This document shows positions 25,045-32,644 of a stretch of DNA of 32,644 nucleotides, one piece after another. Both the position numbers and the translations under genes were made by a program. The notes below the pieces were generated by a model that was not told the origin of the DNA, ran no database searches, and saw only the letters and a program-made list of their open reading frames with translations. Source of the DNA: Octopus bimaculoides (lineage: Eukaryota); NCBI RefSeq assembly GCF_001194135.2, contig NC_068982.1, positions 6,967,499-7,000,142 of the forward strand, in the 5' to 3' direction. Position 1 is the stretch's first letter. Each line of letters starts with the position of its first letter.

Positions 25045-25220
25045 AGTAAAGCGAGTAGCCACATGAAAGTAGCAAATGAATGTTACCACTAGTTTAACCC
25101 CAGTTGGATTCTCCACCAGCTGGCTTTCGCTGCAAGATTTGCAACCAGGCTAAGAATCCACCTGGGGTTAAATCAGTTGTAACATTCATCTGCCATTTTG
25201 CTGTAGTTACTGGCTTTACT
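25045..25220. mobile_element. Short fold-back / MITE-like hairpin element
   Basis: 25045-25112 versus the reverse complement of 25153-25220 gives 56/68 identical, ungapped, with a 40-bp spacer. Confidence 0.8.
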
Positions 25221-26074
25221 ATTTAGTATACGTTACTACTCAATCTGTTCTTGATATTTTATAACTACATATGTATATATATATATATATNNNNNNNNNN
25301 NNNNNNNNNNNNNNNNNNNNNNNNNNNNNNNNNNNNNNNNNNNNNNNNNNNNNNNNNNNNNNNNNNNNNNNNNNNNNNNNNNNNNNNNNNNNNNNNNNNN
25401 NNNNNNNNNNNNNNNNNNNNNNNNNNNNNNNNNNNNNNNNNNNNNNNNNNNNNNNNNNNNNNNNNNNNNNNNNNNNNNNNNNNNNNNNNNNNNNNNNNNN
25501 NNNNNNNNNNNNNNNNNNNNNNNNNNNNNNNNNNNNNNNNNNNNNNNNNNNNNNNNNNNNNNNNNNNNNNNNNNNNNNNNNNNNNNNNNNNNNNNNNNNN
25601 NNNNNNNNNNNNNNNNNNNNNNNNNNNNNNNNNNNNNNNNNNNNNNNNNNNNNNNNNNNNNNNNNNNNNNNNNNNNNNNNNNNNNNNNNNNNNNNNNNNN
25701 NNNNNNNNNNNNNNNNNNNNNNNNNNNNNNNNNNNNNNNNNNNNNNNNNNNNNNNNNNNNNNNNNNNNNNNNNNNNNNNNNNNNNNNNNNNNNNNNNNNN
25801 NNNNNNNNNNNNNNNNNNNNNNNNNNNNNNNNNNNNNNNNNNNNNNNNNNNNNNNNNNNNNNNNNNNNNNNNNNNNNNNNNNNNNNNNNNNNNNNNNNNN
25901 NNNNNNNNNNNNNNNNNNNNNNNNNNNNNNNNNNNNNNNNNNNNNNNNNNNNNNNNNNNNNNNNNNNNNNNNNNNNNNNNNNNNNNNNNNNNNNNNNNNN
26001 NNNNNNNNNNNNNNNNNNNNNNNNNNNNNNNNNNNNNNNNNNNNNNNNNNNNNNNNNNNNNNNNNNNNNNNNNN

Positions 26075-26106
<32 letters not shown>

Positions 26107-26143
26107 TGTATGTATGTATGTATGTATGCATGTATGTATGTAT
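26075..26143. repeat. (TATG)n microsatellite
   Basis: Read directly. Confidence 0.95.
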
Positions 26144-26148
26144 GTGCA

Positions 26149-26515
26149 CGAGGCCAAGTGAAAAAGTCTCGGACTGGAGCTATAAATTGAAAATTACAAC
26201 ACATCAATTCGGCATTTAATCTCCTTCGAAATAGTCGCCCACTGAAGTCACACACTTTATCCTGCATCCTTGTGATGGAAACGTTACTGGAACTCCTTTT
26301 GGGGGAATGCGAGTAAGTGGCTTTTGGCATTCTCTTGGATTTCCTCTATGCCTTGAAATCTTGTTGTCTTTTGGGATTCCCTTCAAGCCTTGGTTTCGGA
26401 GTTATATCTATAAACACACGATTCATCACCTGTTATGACCGTTTTCAAAAATGTTCTTTATCGATGAAATCAAGATCCTGCGCAACTGAAATCCGATTTT
26501 CTTTTTGAGACGACC
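26149..26515 (-). mobile_element. Internally deleted mariner transposon relic with one TIR
   Basis: Minus-strand blocks QKENRISVAQDL, FLKTVITGDESCVYRYNSETK (first catalytic D near 26425), RFQGIEEIQENAKSHLLAFPQKEFQ and C-terminal KCVTSVGDYFEGD* (stop at 26216-26218). Mariner-like TIR start CGAGG...GAAAAAGTCTCGGACT at 26149. Confidence 0.88.
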
Positions 26516-26524
26516 ACACACGCA

Positions 26525-26616
<92 letters not shown>

Positions 26617-26655
26617 CACACACACTCTCACACACACAAATGCACACACACTAAT
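26516..26655. repeat. Long (CA)n microsatellite
   Basis: Read directly; it truncates the mariner relic. Confidence 0.95.
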
Positions 26656-26794
26656 ACGCACATACACTCACACATATATTTGTTACGTCTATATTATATA
26701 ATCTGGATGGTTATCAATGATGTAATCAACATAGTAATGTTCAAAATACGCAAACATATATTACATACTTTTATTAATAATATCAGGCTTTGTA

Positions 26795-27007
26795 AGGCGT
26801 CGAGCTGGCAGAATCATTACGACACTGGACGAAATACTGAGCGGTATTCGGTCTGTCTTTACGTTCTGAGTTCATATTCCGCCGAGGTCAACTTTGCCTT
26901 TCACCCTTTTGGGGTCAATAAATTAAGTACCAGTTGCGTACTGGAATCGATCTAATTGACTGGCCACCTCCCCGAAAATTTCGCACCTTGCGCCTAGAGT
27001 ACAAAAG
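26795..27007 (+). mobile_element. tRNA-derived SINE, family 2, full length with 16-bp target-site duplication
   Basis: Complete head, B-box and tail. Flanks are AATATCAGGCTTTGTA (26779-26794) and AATATCCGGCTTTGTA (27008-27023), 15/16 identical. Confidence 0.95.
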
Positions 27008-27444
27008 AATATCCGGCTTTGTACATGGAATTTGAACGTTGACATGTCAAATCCTAGATAATCATCATAATTTAGATTTGTCTGTGTATGTAAGTATATA
27101 TATAACCACTTGTAACATTCTGTTTTTTCTAAACCAAATCATGTAAAATTAATAAAACCTAGTCATTCTCAACATTTTTGATTACCTCCCTTATACCGAA
27201 AAAATCCCCGATTACTTTCCTGTCTGAAACTCCATATTTCACAACATAGCGAAGAGATGACACAATATAGGTAAAGGAATTTGAGAAATTTCAAAAGAAA
27301 ATACGAAACCAGTTATTTCTCCAACAGCAATGTTACTATACGCAAAATTTTATAACATTTTTCTAGCATAACGATTTAAATATATTCTTTAACTATATAA
27401 CACAAGCCTTCTGAAGTTTTTTTCACTCTATTTTTGTCTTTTAC

Positions 27445-27490
<46 letters not shown>

Positions 27491-27559
27491 GATATATAAT
27501 AAAGGATAATAACTTTATTTATCAAAAAATGCTATGAGGATAAAAATAAGCCTTCTTTT

Positions 27560-28603
27560 CTATAATGTTATTCAATAAAGTCACCTTCAACTGTATCTAT
27601 ATGAAATCTAATTCATCTGCATGCTCGAATGAAGTGGTCCTGGTTCATTTTGGACATTACTCTGACTATGGCAGCTTTCAAAGAATCTTTGGTACTCTGG
27701 GCGTGTTCATTGACCTTTCTCACAACAACTCTTCACAATGTAATAGTCTAATGAATTGAGAACTTAAGAATTAGGAGGCCAAATTTTAAGGCGTATGTGA
27801 TCATGAAAATCTTCAGCCATCCATTCCTGTACTGCTAGAGCCATGTGTGATAGTGCAGAGTCTTACTGAAACGGGTATGGCCGTCCAATGCATACACTGT
27901 CTATCCAGGGTTTAATACTTATTTTCAGGACCACAGTGTAGGCGGCAGAGTTTACTCTAAGATTTGTGGAAAGAAGTAAGGCGGTATCACATGTCCTTCA
28001 TTGTTGACAACCCCTAAAACCATGACAGTTGCAGGAAATTGTGTATGCATAACACTTGGAACTTCAGAAGAGTCAACACATGACCATCTGTCATTTCGTC
28101 TGTTAACCTTTTGATCCTGATAGATGTTTTTTTCTCGTTTACGAAAAACCAAATCAAATCTTCTGCTTGATTTTTCAGTTTGTTAAAGAACCTTTTATAT
28201 CTGATTTAGTGATTTTCTTTTCCTTTTTCTGACAAATTGACTTTTCCTTATCATATAAGACTTATATCTGATGTCTTCGTGGACAACATTTCTGACTTTT
28301 CCGTCTGACACATGGAGATCTTTTGCAATTGACCTCATGGTCTTTCTGGGATTGTAATCAATGCTCTGTTAAACTTGCTAGTTAAATTCAAGTGTTCTGA
28401 CAATTTCAGAGCATTTAGAATGCTTTTTATGCTTTGATACTGGTGATACGTTTCCATCTTCATTCTCTAACTCCTTACAAACTTTGTAGCCGAAAGATCT
28501 GGTAACTCGATATTTTTGCCAGAGTAAAAATTTATTATTCGTTGAAAGGAAAAGTTTGAAAGTTTCCGCCAGCGAAGACATCATTGGACTGTGGTACATT
28601 GAG
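27560..28603 (-). mobile_element. DD37D (maT-type) Tc1/mariner transposase relic
   Basis: RSFGYKVCKELENEDGNVSPV, KTMRSIAKDLHVS, VHEDIRYKSY, IWFFVNEK (first D mutated to N), QDQKVNRRNDRW, FPATVMVLGVVNNEGHVIPPYFFP, KPWID, FQ*DSA (D at 27860-27862) and WPPNS*VLNSLDYY (D at 27746-27748). There are exactly 37 codons between the last two Asp. The putative TIR end ...GTACATTGAG is followed by TA at 28604-28605. Confidence 0.92.
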
Positions 28604-28857
28604 TATACAGTCTTTGTTATGTTAAAATGTAACCAATTTAATCAACAAAAATCCTCCATAACATCTCTCCATTACAACCTGTTACACAATCTAATTATCA
28701 TTCAACAGAGCTCGGCTTGTGCAAAGAAGTTTTAACTTAACATAGAATAGATAAGGCCAAGATAAATTTAAGTGCATTATAGTCCGATGAAGGGTTAGCT
28801 GGCCAAAACTCCGAAGTTACTGTCAGCACTATTCTAATTATTTTAAAAAATTTCCCG

Positions 28858-28999
28858 CTGCCAAATCCACTTGAATTTCCATCTACCAAATGCACCTAGA
28901 ACGATTTAGTAGAAGGCACTTGTCCAAAGTGCGACGCAGTGGCATTGAACCAGGAAAGATGTGGATGGCAAGCAAACTTCCTTCAATATAGTCACGCCC
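28858..28999 (-). mobile_element. Diverged family-1 SINE copy
   Basis: TTTCCATCTACCAAAT and TAGTAGAAGGCACTTGTCCAAAGTGCGACGCAGTGG...GAACC...ATGTGG..GGCAAGCAAACTT align to 132-286. Confidence 0.8.
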
Positions 29000-29627
29000 A
29001 AATTATTGAAAAATCTCTCACAGAAAATTAGTGCTTATTTCATTAGATGCAGTTTGAATTTTTGAATGAATAATAGTAAAATGTAGCGAAAATATGGAAA
29101 TTATTAAAAGAATACATTTAAAATCCAATTAATCGATTTTCAACTAATTGTTAGATAAAGCATTGATTCCTACTGATATGATCTTCAATTATTATTGATT
29201 GAGACACGCTCTTAATGAAAACAAATTATGGAATGTTATGTACATTATATTGCATTCCTCATAGGAATATTATATTGTCCTATGAGAAGCTCAAATATCG
29301 AATTTAATACTAGATGTGCTAAATTAAAATATAGCTGTACATATTTACGTCGAAATATATAATTATTCCTATGAAAACCAGTACTGGAGCATGTGTATTC
29401 ATATGGTACACAAAAAAATACTCGCTGAAATAATCACTTTTCTCTTTCTCAGTTTATCAATTGTCGATAAAAAATACTTTCAACCGTAAGCCCTGATATG
29501 AACATAAAACAGTTTATATCAACGTATTTCACAACTGTCTTCTACCCATCTATTTCGACTTTTGATTTGTGTAGTGTTCCAGATTTGATTGTATTCACCA
29601 GAATAAAATATGATGTTTGACGAGGTC

Positions 29628-29632
29628 TGTGC

Positions 29633-29665
<33 letters not shown>

Positions 29666-29722
29666 TGTGCGTGTGTGTGAGTGTGAGTGTGAGTGTGTTT
29701 AAGTTTGTGAGTGTGTTTAAGC

Positions 29723-29765
<43 letters not shown>

Positions 29766-29800
29766 TACGTGCGTGTGAGTGTGTGTGCGTGCGCGTGTGT
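29628..29800. repeat. (TG)n-rich compound microsatellite
   Basis: Read directly. Confidence 0.9.
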
Positions 29801-29935
29801 ATGTACCCTTACTCCGTTAAGGGTACACATGTCTGTGGATTGCTCAGCCACGTGCACGTTAATTTCACGAATAGTCTGTCTGTTGATCAGATGAACTGGA
29901 ACACTGATAGTCGTAACCGACGGAATGCCAGCTTG
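29800..29935 (+). mobile_element. Probable retroposon 3'-tail fragment between two microsatellites
   Basis: GC-richer island GTACCCTTACTCCGTTAAGGGTAC (small hairpin) ...GCACGTTAATTTCACG...GTCGTAACCGACGGAATGCCA. It resembles, from recall only, an octopus retroposon tail; there is no second copy in the window. Confidence 0.4.
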
Positions 29936-29954
29936 GTTGTCTATGCATATATGC

Positions 29955-29987
<33 letters not shown>

Positions 29988-30097
29988 TGTATGTATGTAT
30001 GCATGTACGTTTGTAAGAATTTATTGTTAAGCCCTAGACTTATCCTGATCGCATAAACCAACAATCAAAACATTCTGTTGTTGAACTGTATCCTTCA

Positions 30098-30139
30098 ATA
30101 TGACAGAATGTGTCCCTTATATGACAGAATGTGTCCTTC
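30098..30139 (+). repeat. 21-bp tandem duplication
   Basis: ATATGACAGAATGTGTCCCTT followed by ATATGACAGAATGTGTCCTTC. Confidence 0.9.
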
Positions 30140-31034
30140 TCTTTGTGGGAGATTCGGCTGCTAGTTTAAGAAATGCAAACAGCTACGTCCCAAAAATGCT
30201 TTTCTTGTCAGGTTTTGTCTTAATTCACTTCCTTCTGTTAATATTTACTCTTTCATATATATACTACGATTCATCCACACGCAATGAAGCGTTAATCAAG
30301 TTGATCGTTAAATTACATATATAAATATACTGATTTTCTATAGCATTAAAAATCTGTCAATCACAGAGGAATAAACATAAAAACCGTTGCTTATCGTTCT
30401 GTCCCTTTGGATTGACAGCTTAATCTATATGCAAAGTACTTTAGTCGATGAATTGAAAAACATTTATGAGGCAATAAATATTAAATTGTAAATTATGTTT
30501 CCAGTCATTCTAGTGACTACTTTATTTGGATGATAATTCTCTGCTTTGCGGTATATTTTCCCAAAATGACGTTCTGTTAACCTGAATGATCGTTTCTTAT
30601 AGGACATAAAAAATTATCATGATGATGTTTCCTAAGTATTTTACTTTCGTCATTGTAGAGTGCAATATACTGTCCCAAATTCTGCATATATATATATNNN
30701 NNNNNNNNNNNNNNNNNNNNNNNNNNNNNNNNNNNNNNNNNNNNNNNNNNNNNNNNNNNNNNNNNNNNNNNNNNNNNNNNNNNNNNNNNNNNNNNNNNNN
30801 NNNNNNNNNNNNNNNNNNNNNNNNNNNNNNNNNNNNNNNNNNNNNNNNNNNNNNNNNNNNNNNNNNNNNNNNNNNNNNNNNNNNNNNNNNNNNNNNNNNN
30901 NNNNNNNNNNNNNNNNNNNNNNNNNNNNNNNNNNNNNNNNNNNNNNNNNNNNNNNNNNNNNNNNNNNNNNNNNNNNNNNNNNNNNNNNNNNNNNNNNNNT
31001 GACGTTCGATCATATAATAATATAAACAATATAG

Positions 31035-31239
31035 ATACATATAAGTACATACCTACATCTATATGTATACATACATGCATATATGGGTACAGGATATCAC
31101 AAAAAACGTTAAACACAATGAAAAATGAAAACAAAAACAAAAACAGAAAACGAACTTTTTTTGAACGTTTTTTGTGATGTCATGTACCCATATATGCATT
31201 TATGTATACATATAGATGTAGGTATGTACATATATGTAT
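31035..31239. repeat. Inverted duplication with 76-bp arms
   Basis: 31035-31110 versus the reverse complement of 31164-31239 gives 72/76 identical, with a 53-bp A-rich spacer. Confidence 0.92.
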
Positions 31240-31338
31240 GGATATATGCATATATCTATATTATATATATATATATATATAGACAATCACACACAGCATT
31301 CGATGCTACAGACTGAAAAACAAACCGAAGACAAATTC

Positions 31339-31698
31339 TGGTTGTGTAGTAAGAAGCTTGCTTTCTAACTACATGGTTCTGGCTTCAGTCCCACTGCGGG
31401 ACACCTTGGGCAAGTGTGGCCTACTATAATCTCGGGCCGACCGAAACCTTGCGAGTTGATTTGGTAGATGGAAACTGAAAGAAGCCTGTCGTATATATAT
31501 ATTTATGTGTCTTTGTGTCTGTGTTTGTCCCTCCACTACGTCGGTGTGTTTAGGTCTCCGTAACCTAGTGGATCGGCAGAATAGCACGTTATAGTAAGTA
31601 TCAGGATTACAAAGAATAAGTCTAGGGGTCGATTTCTTCGACTAAAATGCGGTGCTCCAGCATAGCCCCAGTCAAATGACTTCAACAAGTAGAAGAAT
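31339..31698 (+). mobile_element. tRNA-derived SINE, family 1 (long form with internal (TA)n and 3' module)
   Basis: TGGTTGTGTAGTAAG head, GGCTTCAGTCCC B-box, CACCTTGGGCAAGTG and GAAACTGAAAGAAGCCTGTCGTA(TA)n. It then continues through GGGGTCGATTTCTTCGACT...GGTGCTCCAGCATAGCC to ACAAGTAGAAGAAT at the gap. Confidence 0.88.
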
Positions 31699-31708
31699 NN
31701 NNNNNNNN

Positions 31709-32110
31709 AGTGAAAATGTCTTTAACGTTTCGAGCCTACGCTCTTCCACAGAAAGGAAAAAGTGTAAAAGGCGTGAGGAGGAAAAAAATATGCGATGCGG
31801 GAGAAGAAAATAAAAACAGGGGAAGAAAGGATGAAGATGGAAAAAATAGAGAGAAAAGGGGGAAGAAAGGGAGAAGAGAGGACGAATGTATAAAAGAAAT
31901 GGAGGGAGAGAGAAGCAAAGTAACAGGTGCAGATTAGACAAAACAGAGTAAGAACAACCAGAGTAGGAAGAAACGACAATAGGAAAAAAGAGAAAGTTCA
32001 AAAGGTTCAAAAGCTTCAGACGTCGTGGTGTATTGGAGCGATTTTTATCAACAGAAGAATCCAGAGTAATCCATAGGCAGGAAAGGTGCAGCTGAAGTGT
32101 AGGAAGTCCG
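31709..32110 (-). mobile_element. Possible Penelope-like pseudo-LTR (ORF end, pyrimidine-rich 3' UTR, hammerhead)
   Basis: On the minus strand a short FLHFSCTFPAYGLL stretch (weakly like a GIY-YIG C-terminal ...GL(N) end) is followed by a roughly 250-nt pyrimidine-rich tract and then the hammerhead-like motif. This is the order expected in a PLE pLTR. Confidence 0.4.
31720..31755 (-). ncRNA. Candidate minimal (Penelope-type) hammerhead ribozyme with variant core
   Basis: Minus strand CTTT-CTGTGGA-A-GAGC GTAG GCTC-GAAAC-GT-T-AAAG. Stem I is CTTT/AAAG, stem II is GAGC/GCTC (perfect) and stem III is the palindrome ACGT. The core is CUGUGGA instead of CUGANGA. Confidence 0.55.
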
Positions 32111-32644
32111 TAGAATTATATATATATATATATATATATATAAGGATATATTGTTTACAATGATAGCAAGCGGCATAGCAAGTATAAAATACAATAAAGG
32201 TAATACTATAAATATTTTAAAAACTGGTTAATTAATAATCAACGGTGCTACAAGTAACACCGGCATACTAAAGTTAACAGTCCCTGGACGACTACAAACA
32301 CATATTTTCACAAATACACGTTCATTGAAATCGGTAGACTGAGCATAAATGCTAAGCCCCGGTACAAATAACGAAAAGAATCGTAAATTGAAAAACCAGA
32401 CATACATTTATCGTAATGATTTCAAACTTTCTTTAAAGGTCACTTAATTATCCTCAGTGAGTCTTACTGATTCAGGGTCACAGAAAACTGCTCATCTCAA
32501 CCATTTGTGCGATGACCGGTTTTAATGCCACATCAAATTTAAATAAGTGACCGATTCTTTTCGCCGTTGCTACGGGGGCTTAGAATTTTTACTCATTACC
32601 CGACTGCTATGTTTAGCGTGTTGGGGCTACTTGTAGCACCCTTA

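Noticed and set aside
28784-28809. CCGATGAAGGG...CCAAAAC hammerhead-like string
   Set aside because: Both core strands are mutated, stem II is only 2 bp and there is no stem I.
2964-31140. Long ORFs in the track (for example 4441..5190, 9804..10703, 23138..24007, 25236..26330, 30577..31140)
   Set aside because: They are open only because they cross N-runs (about 3029-3447, 4511-5077, 7591-7887, 9910-10653, 23231-23934, 25291-26074, 30698-30999).
31710-32010. Charged or hydrophobic ORFs over the purine-rich tract
   Set aside because: Compositional artefact of a GA-rich/CT-rich sequence.

Overview
Eukaryotic, AT-rich, microsatellite-dense genomic DNA from a gapped draft assembly (eight N-runs, most bordered by simple repeats). 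The tRNA-headed SINE families and repeat landscape suggest a cephalopod, most likely Octopus; this is an inference, not a database result. No intact gene can be recognised and there is no rRNA, true tRNA or CRISPR array. The window is a graveyard of transposable elements: three tRNA-derived SINE families (nine copies), a Penelope-like element with an inverted 3' duplication, the 3' end of an RLE-type non-LTR retrotransposon, an internally deleted Helitron, a DD37D (maT-type) transposase relic, a deleted mariner and two fold-back/MITE-like elements. The most interesting observations are a minimal Penelope-type hammerhead ribozyme fold with a non-canonical core (CUGUGGA, minus strand about 31720-31755), a long fold-back element carrying CTCF-like motifs, several young inverted duplications or palindromes, and a low-confidence chain of phase-compatible minus-strand exons. 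Most long ORFs in the supplied track are artefacts of N-runs or microsatellites.
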